Source: Octopus bimaculoides | Lineage: Eukaryota | Assembly: GCF_001194135.2 (NCBI RefSeq) | Contig: NC_068996.1 | Coordinates: forward strand, 25,994,034-26,058,033 | Length of the DNA: 64,000 nucleotides | Direction of reading: 5' to 3' | Shown here: positions 13,706 to 24,069 of the stretch, piece after piece | Position numbering within the stretch: the stretch's first letter is position 1 | Layout: the number at the start of each line of letters is the position of its first letter | The notes under the pieces: generated by a model | What the model was told of the DNA's origin: nothing | Database searches by the model: none | Seen by the model: the letters and a program-made list of their open reading frames with translations, nothing else | Translations under genes and position numbers: made by a program

Positions 13706-13763
13706 TCTGCTTTTGGAACAGTGATTCTTGAAGTACATCACATAAAGCTATAAGTAATTATAT

Positions 13764-13857
13764 GTAAATATTGGGTTAAAAACCCTTTTGGATAGAAAAA
13801 AAATGAAGGCTACTTTTGATTCTCTCTATTCAAAAGAGTTTTCAACCCAATATTTAC
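13764..13857. repeat. Small palindromic element (MITE-like hairpin)
   Basis: Arm GTAAATATTGGGTTAAAAACCCTTTTGGATAG pairs with CTATTCAAAAGAGTTTTCAACCCAATATTTAC with 3 mismatches. Confidence 0.8.
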
Positions 13858-13932
13858 ACACTATTATTTTATAGTTTATGTACTTCAAGATCTACTTTAA
13901 CAAAAAAGAAATATTTCACATTCTCCTGAAAG

Positions 13933-13975
<43 letters not shown>

Positions 13976-14084
13976 ACATTTCTACTTATCAATTCTAGCC
14001 AAAAGGCCTTAATTGCTGAGCCTATAGTAGCAACACTTGCTCAAGATGCCTCACACTGAGTGAATGCAAAACCTTTTTGGGCAA

Positions 14085-16250
14085 GTGGATTTCTTAAACA
14101 CACAGGGATGCCTAAACCTAAATAATACATAGCAATAACAATATAAAACAAAATGACTCCAAATAGGGATAGGGGGTAACTACACAGTATGATTTGGGGA
14201 ACCCCATAAACAAATTCTGGATTATGTTGACATACCAAAGACAAGTTATGTCTCCCAGTTCATGCTGCCTACCTAGAGCAGCATAGTTACAGTAGAGCTG
14301 CTTAGCCATGACAATATCACCCACTTTTCATATTTTCTCAGAGGGAAGCATCTCCATCTTTACTCTTACCTTCCCTTTCAAATAGTAATTGAAGAAGTTG
14401 ATGAGGAACACTTTTTGCTATTCCTTGCAAAAATAAAGTGGTGGGTTGATTTTCCTGATAAACTCAGTGGTTAGATAAATCCATCCTGCATGTGACAACA
14501 GCTGTTAGACATAAACCCACAAATTGAACAGACACTAAACAAGTGAAAATTGGTGGCTCTTGCATGGCCATGTCTGTAGAGTTTATCTTCAATTAGCAAA
14601 AATTTCTGACCTAGCAGTGCTACAAAGAAACTTTGCAAACTGTCCATGATATTTGATCTGAAAGTCCTTGAGAACTGACAATCCAGACTGCTCTCATCAA
14701 AGCCTAAACCACACGTAGGTCATTAGTGTTCTCACCATCCACAAATCTACAAAATGTGAAGACTGACACTCCATCAACCATACTGTCCAGCTGGCAAACT
14801 AAGAGTCTGGTACCATTTCAAATGCCAGATTCCCAAACTCAGTCTGTACTTGACTCAGGACTGCAGTTCAGTATGGTTATCAGTTGTAGATGGACCTCTT
14901 GACTAATAAAACTTGTTCCAACCACAAAATGTGAAAGTGTATATGTTCTAAACAGAGCAAATGCTTTCAAAAACAGAAAACAATGGTTATGTAGGAGAGA
15001 CCATAAAAATGTTAGCCACTTCCACTTGACCTTCCATGAGAAAAATTCATCTCAGCTCATTTCTGAGCAAGACTGGCCACTCCACTTATCTCATGCCTAT
15101 TTTATCCACTTGGGGATCTAAATCAGACCCCAAGTATGTAAATGGGCCTTCAGTCAGTTGACAGAAGATACCATCCAGCATGGATTTGCCTGTTCAAGCA
15201 CTGAGTTGTAAGCTCATTGACTTGCCTCAGTTAATGTATACTCACATTACATCCTGGTTCGACCAATTTCTGATATATTTGATATGACAGTTGTGTCATC
15301 CGTGTATGCAGATAAATCTCTTCTGTGCCCCACTTTCAGTGAGTATTTCTCAATACTTCTTATTTCTACAGCAATAACTTGAGTGCCAAAATATACAGAA
15401 GGTGAGGTAGGGAAACCTCTTGTAGACTGAACATACAATGTTAAATGGGCCTGATAGGGTAATCTGTATTGTAGTGATCCAAACTCTGAAGATGGGATCA
15501 AAATCAACTTTGCTTGGGTCAGAATCCAAGAATGGTCAATTTTGGTGGGGGTCTGCTCAGTTTAGATTAGCCTAAAGCTTTCAACAAAGTCAGGTCTAGT
15601 GCCCATCCACTCTTCTACATATCGCATGATGTGTAGGCTATTGTGAGGAAATATATTGGAGATTGCACAATTTTATGCATTTTGACTATGTTCATACAAG
15701 TACCAAACTTTTAGTTAAGAACCTTTACCAAAATCAACTGTTTTCAGTAGGGTTATTAACTAAAGCCGTCTTATGTATCCTTTATTTGATTCTTCCTAAG
15801 CAATAACATTCTTCAGTTTACATAACTGGCAATTCTCCCATTTTACTGCTTGTTGCAGTACACTGCTGACAAGACAGTAGCAAACAAGTTTGGCATGTAA
15901 CAATACAGCTTGTGTAGTAGACTGCCCATTCTTAATGATTTGACCATCAAACAGCTGCTGAACATATCTATTACTTCATCTGCTCAAATGTGTTTCACAG
16001 CACTCTTCATTTTTGGATGTGATTTGAAACCGACCATTGAAGTAGGCATTGAAGTTCACTGTCTCCAATTCATTACTCCATGTAAACAATTTAGTAAAGT
16101 GCTATTGAGAAATTCACACTCATCTGTTTTGGAATTGGATAGCATGTGCATTCTGCTCTCCAATAGATGTCACTATAATGCACCACTCCCATTCCAGTCA
16201 TTGGATGACGTGGTGGATTTTCTTAGTTCGATAATGAGGATTCAATTGTT
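14085..16250 (-). mobile_element. Degenerate L1/Tx1-like LINE ORF2 (RT to C-terminus and 3' UTR)
   Basis: Minus-strand fragments: AVYCNKQ*NGRI..LLRKNQ and ITLL (RT start, about 15750-15850), SAYTDD (ORF 15247..15507, YADD-like), NFFNYYLKGKVRVKME (about 14345-14395). The last matches the C-terminus at 22545. Many stops and frameshifts. Confidence 0.65.
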
Positions 16251-16968
16251 CAATAAACTGAAATACCTACTCTTTTCATTTTAATTATCATACAGCTGAC
16301 TATTCCACAGACACGTGTACCTTTACTGTAATTCTCAGGCAGAAACAGCAGTTTGTAACTTTTGAATCCATCCAACACATTTCTTTACAGTTTCCATCAA
16401 CTCAATTGAGTTGACCTAAGACTTTAAAATATGGCATTTATCCCAAATTTTTCATAGTGGGATCGAACCAAGGACTTCGTGGTTGTAAAGTGAACTTAAC
16501 CATTTGACCTGGCTGTGCCTATAATGGAGACATGACAGCCATATTTTAAACATTATTATGTTTCAGTTTTCTTGTATTTCTTAATAGTATTGTATTCAAT
16601 GAAATTTTGACACTCATCTGCAACCTAGTCATCTTGAACTGTGTCAGTAATGAAGTCACAAATGTATGATACTTTATATGGAGGGGCTATTTTGTTATCA
16701 AAGATATGGTGCCAGGCTTTATAAAAACACGAGTGCAGGAAATCTTCATATTGAAATTAAAATAAATTCTAATTTCTATAAACATCTCTAAATATGTTGA
16801 GATTAATATTAAATAATTAATTTTACAAATATACATGAAAAACAGATGCCTTAGTAAATAGAATGCAAGCTTGAAATATCTTACCTTTAATTATATTTCA
16901 CTGATATAGCTATTCTTAGCTAGTTCCTTTCATGGATAATCTTGGTTCTGCTTGAATTTTAATATGCC

Positions 16969-17007
<39 letters not shown>

Positions 17008-17530
17008 TTTTTTTGGTCCTTTGAACATTTGTTATTGAGAAAACCGGCTCAACATTAGCATTACAAGGCAGTATGCTGAACAAGTATTGGCATAACAACT
17101 CTGAGAATTGCTCTGCAAATTCAATTTGTTGAAATACAGAATGGCAGGCATTAGAGATAGGTAGCACACACAAGTTGGTCTTTCTTTGTTTTGACGGGGA
17201 TTTTTCAGATTTCTTTTCCACATTGCCTTTGAAAATGACGGGGAGCATCTTTTTAGCAAATAAATAAAAGAAAAATTGCAGAAAATGATGTTTGAAGTGT
17301 AAGTAATAAGATGGCAAGAAAATTAAAATTCCAGTTTCAATATTAAATTCTAACCATTTCTGACCTGTACTCCAAAATGAAAATTATTTCATTTGCAGGA
17401 AGATTTGAAGTTTAGAAACATGTCACTAAAGAATAGGTAATATTTTTTTTAGTTCTATATGAATATTGCAATAGTATCAGTTATATCTAGATAAAGTCTA
17501 GAAATCATTATAGATTATTTGGAGGAAGAG

Positions 17531-18665
17531 GGAATACTTTCTAAACACAAAAAATTTACCTGTCATAAATTGATCAGATTCATAAAATGCCAGAAGAGTC
17601 ATGGATGAAGAGGTAAGTTTTGGTCTTTCTTTTTTTTTTTGTTTTTCAGCAGCAACAGCTAGAGAGAGAAATTCATAAACACAGTGTTGAATATGGTCTC
17701 ACTATGGAAAATGTTAAATGTGATTTGGCTGTCTTTTTAATATTTTCTCCCCATAATCACATTTAATTGAGTAATGATTTAACACATGCACACACACACA
17801 CAAAAAAAATGCCATCTGAAATTGTTAAAGAAATTCATAAATATGAGGTTGAAAAATGTTCTTTTTCTTTTCTTAGTGAAATGTTTCTCCCATCGTTTTA
17901 AAAATGCATAGTCCCCACAAAATTGACCAAAATTGGTCGGGGTGAGGGGAAAATCATCATGTGTAGTGTCCACAAAATCAACTGAAATTGGTCCGAGGAG
18001 AGGGAATCATCATGTGTAGTGCCCATAGAATCAACTGAAATTGGTCTAGGGAAAGGGAATCATTGTGTGTAGTGCCCACTGAATCGACCGAAATTGGTTC
18101 AGTGAGAAGGAATCATCGTGCGTAGTGCCCACAGAATCGACTGAAATTGGTCTGGGGAGAGAGAATCATCGTATGTAGTGCCCACAAAATTGACTGAAAT
18201 TGGTCCACAGGGTTTAAAAGAAATATTTTTTTTAAATTTTGGAATACAAATTTTTATCCCATCGTTTTTAAGTGCGTAGTGTCCACCAAAATAGACCAAA
18301 TTCGGTCCAAAGGATGTCGGGTAGAAAAAAAATTATCATGGGTAGTGCCAACAACATTGACCAAAATCGGTTGGATGTGGTGGGGTAAAGGAAAAACATT
18401 TTTCAAAAGTTTTTTACTAAAAAGATGCTTTTAGGAATACTTTCTTAAACACAAAACTTCACCTGTTGTAAGTTGTTGAGATTCATTAAATACCAAAGAG
18501 TTGTGTATAAAAAGGTAAGTTTTAGTCATTTTGTTTTGTTTTGTTTTCAGCAGCAATAAGGAAAGAAATTCATAAACGTGGTGCTGAATATGGTTTCACT
18601 ACGCATAAAGTTAAGTGCAATTTAGCTGTTGTTTAATATCTTCTCCCCATAAACGTATTTAATTG
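17531..18665. repeat. About 235-bp direct repeat pair with about 903-bp period
   Basis: 17531-17769 and 18434-18665 share GGAATACTTT, AGGTAAGTTTT, TTTTCAGCAGCAA, GAAATTCATAAAC and TTCTCCCCATAA. Confidence 0.8.
17909..18206. repeat. 53-bp minisatellite, about 5.5 units
   Basis: Unit starts at 17909, 17964, 18017, 18070, 18123 and 18176. Unit resembles TAGTGCCCACAGAATCGACTGAAATTGGTCTGGGGAGAGAGAATCATCGTATG. Confidence 0.9.
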
Positions 18666-18779
18666 GTACTACTTAAAGGCAGAGGTAAAGAATATGTACA
18701 CCATCCATTTTCAGTGTAACAAAAATCCTAACCCTAAACACGAGGTGTACGTATTCTTTACTTTTTCCCTACATAAATA

Positions 18780-19163
18780 TCAAGGTCCCGATGCATCTAT
18801 GTAATGGTATAAAGGGGAGGTAATCTAGTTTTATCAAAACTACTGTGACTTCACATAAGCAGCCCCTGTATAACTTGAAACTTAACCCTAACCCCTAACT
18901 AACCTCTAACTGGTAGAGGTAAAGAATAATGTACACCACCCTAACCCTAATCCTGACCACCCTAATCCTGACCCTAACCCTAAACCCTAACCCTAACAAG
19001 TATGCACTGTAAAAGCATCAGATTAAAAACAGATGATATTGTGGGGTAAAAGATCGGAGTGAAAACAGACGATATTGTGGAGGCTTTTACATCATTAACT
19101 GTAGTTTTGGTAAAACTAGATTACCTCCCCTTCATATCATTACGTAATGCATTGGGACCTCTG
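18780..19163. mobile_element. TA-flanked MITE (pogo/Tigger-like ends) with internal CCCTAA repeats
   Basis: About 65-bp inverted arms at 18783-18848 and 19097-19160 (AAGGGGAGGTAATCTAGTTTTA). Right end CTG|TA. Degenerate (CCCTAA)n at about 18885-18996. Confidence 0.65.
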
Positions 19164-19184
19164 TATCGAAGTAGTGCCATTTAA

Positions 19185-19318
19185 TTTAAATTTAATATGT
19201 CAAAATATTTTTGTCACTTTGAGACCGCAACCTGTTCCATGCAGCACGGAATTTTGTCAGTGAACAGGCTGCAATCTCAAAGCAATGAAAATATATTTTG
19301 ATGAATTAAATTTAAATG
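19185..19318. repeat. Palindromic hairpin, arms about 55 bp
   Basis: TTAAATTTAAT..CAAAATAT..CTTTGAGACCGCAACCTGTTC pairs with GAACAGGCTGCAATCTCAAAG..ATATTTTG..ATTAAATTTAA. Confidence 0.7.
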
Positions 19319-20450
19319 TTGAAGTGAATTTAATGGTTTTTATGTGTTTTTAAATGGCTTATAAACACCTTCCGTGCTGCAATTGTTTTTGTTTCAGTAC
19401 ACAATTTCAGATCATGTCACTTGCTATGCGAGTACATCTCCGTAATTCATTTAATTGAATAATGGAAAAAGAAAGGGTTTAAGAAAAATGAAAATGCCAT
19501 CAGTATTGTTCAGAAAGATGCTCCCCTCATTTCCAAGGGCACCGCGAAAAAAATAATCTGAAAAATCTCCCATCAAAACCGAGAAGTTCCAGCTTGTGTG
19601 TGCTACCTATTGCTGACGTCTGCCTATAGAATACCAGTTTTCATGGCATTACTGTTTTTAATTTCCATTCTTCAGATTTAAGTTGCATTTCGTGTTCAAT
19701 GAATTTTCATTTGTTCAATTATGGTCAGTAAAGAAATAAGAATGTTGTCAATTTAAAACAATAATCCTCTTCTTATTTAAGACATGATTATTTTCACTTG
19801 GTCACATGTTAACTGAGTATTTAGTAACGTCCATTTAAAAGCATCCAATTCCTTAAGACTATTCTGCAAAATAGTTATGGCAAGTACTGTAATAACCATT
19901 TACTTCAAGTTGGAATCTCTTTCTGTTCAAACAAACTGTCGTCACTATTGAGTCAGGTCTTGACTCTTAGAGGGATAAACTTTGTGCTAATTCTTTCATT
20001 TACACAAACAAATTCCTTTAAATACTTTTAAACAATGGAGTACTTCAGTAACACTTTTCCTTTTCTTTTTGCAATTTGCGTAATGTTATTGCTAAAAAAT
20101 ATTGAAAACTGTGAATAAGAAATGAGTAAGCTTTGCTCAATTGATTATTGCAAAAGGAAAAAAGTCAAGATGAATTTTCAGTGTCTTTTCTTTCAAATTA
20201 GAGTAGGATTTTTGTGCATTGAAAAAGTGAAGATTTTTTCCATTGCATTCTTTAACAAGAACCATGAGTTGTAAAATGTGGGAGAATTTGAAAAATCACA
20301 AAACATTTTTTTGCTATTTTTTAAAAAGTTCATGACAATTATTTCAACATCAGCTACGATTTGAGCAGAATTTTACACACAATATGAGCTAGTCAGAAGG
20401 CGGTGAGCTGGCAGAAATGTTAGCATGCCAGGCGAACTGCTTAGTGGTAT

Positions 20451-22230
20451 CCCATCTCTGTGAGTTTACACGTGAGTTTATGCTGAAATATTTATTGAAT
20501 TGTTGCCATTGTTATTTGATTTGAATTTTGTTAGAACTGTTGCTGTTGTTAATTTGCTAATTGTTTTTTTTTTTTTCGTATTGTGGGAAAATGGAGAAGA
20601 TGCAGGAGGGAGGCCCAAGTTATGCAGCCGCAACAAGCAGAGAAGTGGACGTGTAAGAGCTGGAGATCCACAAGATAAAGGTGGAGCCTCGAAAGATGAA
20701 GGAGAGTGAAAAATTAATCTCAAAAGAAGGTAACACTCTGAAATTAATGCCACCTGAAGAGACTTCGGCCATTGTGTTAAGAAAAACTGTGATATTCAAA
20801 ACCATGAAGAGAGCTACAAGAAAAATAGAGGTTGCACTGATAGAAGCCATAGAGGAGTGTATCAAGGAATTGAAAAGACTTACAAGCTACATTATGAGAG
20901 GGAGAAAATACACCACTGTGGAGGTGCACTTCACAACAGAGGAGGAAGCAATAAAGCACTCCACAGAGGCTATAAGGTCAGAAGAATGGATGCTCCTGCC
21001 TTCGTACTGCGGCAAACGTGTGGCCAAAGTGCGAGTGGATAGGGTGCCACCCGAATTAAAGGAAGAATGGCTGATGACAGCAATAACATATAATATGAAG
21101 GATGGGAAGATTCTGAAGGCTACCAGGACCCAGAAGGTAAACTACTGGAGATATGGTATCGAATTAACGATTCAGGCAACAACGGAGGACTTGAATAGTG
21201 TGGTGGATGAGATTGTGCTGCCAGAAGATGTAAGATTGAGAATCAGTGTAGAAGGAAGGCCGCTGATATGTTTCACATGTGGAGAGAGGAGCCACATGAA
21301 GGCGTGGTGTGCCCAAAGAGTACAAAAAGCAGAACAGGTGGAGAGACAGGAGAGTGTGGACCAGATTATCGTAACAGAAAAAGAAACAGAGAATGGATTT
21401 ACTATGGTTAAAAAGAAAAGAAGGAGGAGCGGAGGGATGAATTCTCTGCCAGAGAAGCAGAAAAAGAAGAGAGAAGAGGTGAGAAAAGGAACTGTGAAGG
21501 AGGTCAGTAGGAAGGAAGAAAAAGGGAAAGTAAAAAGAAAGTGAAGTTACCAGTAAAGATACTGGTTGTTCCAGTGGAGAAAGAATCAGAAATACAACTG
21601 CAGGAAGGAGAGTTGGAGAGATTATTTAGGATAGAGGAAGGAAAAAGAAAACAAAAAGTACAAAATAAAGGAAAGAAGATACGAGGAGGAGATAGGGTGT
21701 GGTATTATGTGACATACCCAAAGAATGTAGAAACAGAAAAAAAGATTATTAAGTTTAATTCAATAGTAAGAGTGAAGGTGCCTTCATACGTCTATGCGGA
21801 GGATACGAAGGCAATACTGATTGAAGAAGAGAACTACAGAAAGTTGAAAGAGATGTGTGGAGATAGTGTTGACCCACCAGGAGTGGAGGTGGAATTCAAG
21901 GAGTTGCCACCAGTGGTGAATCTGAGAGATATTGAACCACTGATGAAGTTCTATTAAAAGAGGTAAAAATAATGTATATTAAATGATGTTAGTTTTAGGA
22001 AAATAATGGTGATAAAGTAGGAAAAAAAAAAGAACAATTGTAGACAGTACATATAATGGTTCAAATGGTACCGCATGGGAGTGAAGCCAATGTGGCCATT
22101 TTCATTTTTTTCATTATTATATAATTTCATCCCATTTACATTCGTTTTATGTTTTTTGTTCTCACTGTGGTCTTGTCTGTCCTTGTGGTGTCTGCATCTG
22201 TGTTTTGGGCTTTATGCCTAATAAAGAAAT
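20451..22230 (+). mobile_element. ORF1-only (HAL1-like) non-LTR retroelement of L1/Tx1 type
   Basis: 5' UTR, one gag-like ORF, 3' UTR ending AATAAAGAAAT, and no endonuclease or RT. 6-bp TSD TGGTAT (20445-20450) versus CGGTAT (22231-22236). Confidence 0.75.
20591..21957 (+). pseudogene. L1/Tx1-type ORF1 (gag-like RNA-binding protein with CCHC zinc knuckle), two lesions
   Basis: ATG 20591 (MEKMQEGGPSYAAA) is in frame with ORF 20681..21544, with one TAA at 20654-20656. Knuckle CFTCGERSHMKAWC fits CX2CX4HX4C. A one-base shift in an A-rich run near 21535 links to ORF 21541..21957. About 455 aa when repaired. Confidence 0.75.
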
Positions 22231-22544
22231 CGGTATTTTGTCTGGCTTTATGTTCTAACTTTGCCTTTTATCCTTTTGAGGTTGATAAATTAACTACCAG
22301 TTGTGTACTGGAGGTCAATCTAATCGACTCCCCCTCCCCACAGATTTTGGGTCTTACTGCGGTCAATCTAATCGACTCCCCCACTCCCCACAAATTTTGG
22401 ACCTTGCACCTAGAATAGAAAAGAATATGAGCTAGTTGGCCAACCCTTCCCAGAATCCTTCAACTGACATTATTTACATCTATGCGCAAAAGTTCGCCAT
22501 TATTTGCATTTGTAGACCTGCCACAAAAAGAGGATGGCAATATG

Positions 22545-22910
22545 GTCTTTCACACTGGAAGAGGAAAGTGAGAGTGGAGAGGGAAGTGGTGTCTTCTTGC
22601 AAGTTTATTGAAAGGTGGGTGAATGTTAAAAGAATGGCCAGTGTGAAAGGACCAATTCTGAGTATACACCTGTAAAAAATAAAAGAAGGGCTCTTGCCCT
22701 ATTGATCAGGCACCTGTGGCTTTTTCCGCAAGTAGCTATTAAAGCGCCTCTCTCTATTGAGAATTTTATATTGTTTAATTTTTTTCTGTTATTTACTGTG
22801 TACACGAACATAAAAACCCATTGTATTGTCCAGTTTTTTTGTCTTTTAATGTTATTATATATCCTTTTATGTTTGTATATATTAGTCCTTGTGGCCAATA
22901 AAAGAATAAA
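22545..22910 (+). mobile_element. 5'-truncated L1/Tx1-like LINE (ORF2 C-terminus plus 3' UTR)
   Basis: LSHWKRKVRVEREVVSSCKFIERW (ORF 22436..22675) is homologous to the C-terminus at about 14350. Ends TAGTCCTTGTGGCCAATAAAAGAATAAA. Confidence 0.6.
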
Positions 22911-23139
22911 TTATTATTACTGCTATATATTTCGGCCAAACATGAAAATTTACTTTCAGTTTTAGAAGCAGAAAATACTGTTGGAAGAAGAGAAGTCATT
23001 TCATTCTGAATGTATATGTATGTTTATGCAAATTTTTGTTTTCATGTTCGTTTTCTACACATTTTTTTACACCTTGTGGACTAAGTTTTTTTTTTGTTTT
23101 GGTGACTGGGTGCTAAACTAGATCCTGAATTTTGCAACA

Positions 23140-23400
23140 GTCCTCTCCCCACCCTGTCGGAAAATATTTTCCCCACAAATTTCTTCATAATCGTAATCTA
23201 TGCTGTTTGAAAAGTGTTTCTGATCGTGGGAATTTTCCGAAATCCTCTCCTCACCCCTACGGAAAACATATTCCCCACAAATTTCTTTATAATCGTAATC
23301 TATGCCATTTGAATGGTATTTCTATAAAATTTCGCTTATATCCATTTTCCTGAAAGTTTTAAGGGAAAAATCTGATCTTGTGAATTTTCCAAAAGTCCTC
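23140..23400. repeat. About 102-bp tandem duplication related to the 24-kb foldback subrepeats
   Basis: TCCTCTCC..CCCCACAAATTTCTT.ATAATCGTAATCTATGC occurs at about 23141 and about 23243. ATAATCGTAATCTA recurs at about 24524. Confidence 0.75.
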
Positions 23401-24069
23401 CCCACTCCCATATATTTCTTTACAGCTATTAGACTGTTTTTCTTTCTTTTTTTGGTGACTGGGAGTTAAACTATATATTAACTGATAATTTTTGATGTTT
23501 AACAATCACTATTCTTTTCACTGTTGGATTTTGAGTCAATTTTTTCCCACACTAACGTCTAATTTGATAATTAGTTTCAAAAGAGTCTAAAATGGGGTAA
23601 AATGAGTAATGACTAATTTCAATAATTTCTCTTTAACTACATGAGGACAATCCAGCAGATCGTGAAGAAGCTATAGATAATATTCTGTTGAATTTATTTT
23701 ATTTACTTATTTTTTTATTTTAGTCAAGTTACGTTAATTTTACCTCTTTCATTTGACCTGATATAGTTTTTGTAAGGTAGTGAACATTTGGCTCAGTTAA
23801 AAAATGCAGTAAAAACACCCCATTTCACTCCACCCTTCTGTTCAATAAAGCTCAGACTCAATTTTTTCAATATAGACAAAAAAAAAAATGGTTTTTTCCT
23901 TTTTAAAATTCCAAAAGGAAGAAAACTGTGAAACTTAGTATATTGTACAAATTTTTCCTTCTTAATATTTATTGTTTTCCATGCATGCTTTTTTTTCTTT
24001 TTATACTTTTATATATAGATTCTCTTTTTGACATACCTACACAAGTGTACTCCCCCTCCCTCCCACACA

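Larger units (their letters stand above)
17143..19624. mobile_element. 2.48-kb non-autonomous DNA transposon with about 112-bp TIRs and 8-bp TSD
   Basis: TIRs at 17143-17254 and about 19512-19624 begin GGCAG and share ATAGGTAGCACACACAAG and GGGGAGCATCTTT. TSD TACAGAAT (17135-17142) versus TATAGAAT (19625-19632). Confidence 0.75.
20394..22423 (+). mobile_element. SINE family M (alternative tail), split by a 1.78-kb insertion
   Basis: Head at 20394-20450, remainder at 22231-22423. Perfect 13-bp TSD AATATGAGCTAGT at 20381-20393 and 22424-22436. Confidence 0.85.
16850..23060 (-). pseudogene. hAT transposase pseudogene split by three insertions
   Basis: Ordered minus-strand motifs: LLPTVFSASKTESKFSC (about 22950-23000), RILGRVGQLAHIV (in frame across the SINE empty site), WFLLKNAMEKIF (about 20230-20265), LCQYLFSILPCNANVEPVFS (dimerisation-domain-like, about 17035-17095). 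Confidence 0.65.

Noticed and set aside
15910-16284. 124-aa plus-strand ORF
   Set aside because: It is antisense to the decayed Tx1-like ORF2 linker region and has no independent protein features.
17909-18206. Regularly spaced repeats resembling a CRISPR array (also 12699-12970)
   Set aside because: The whole unit repeats with no unique spacers, there are no cas genes, and the context is eukaryotic.
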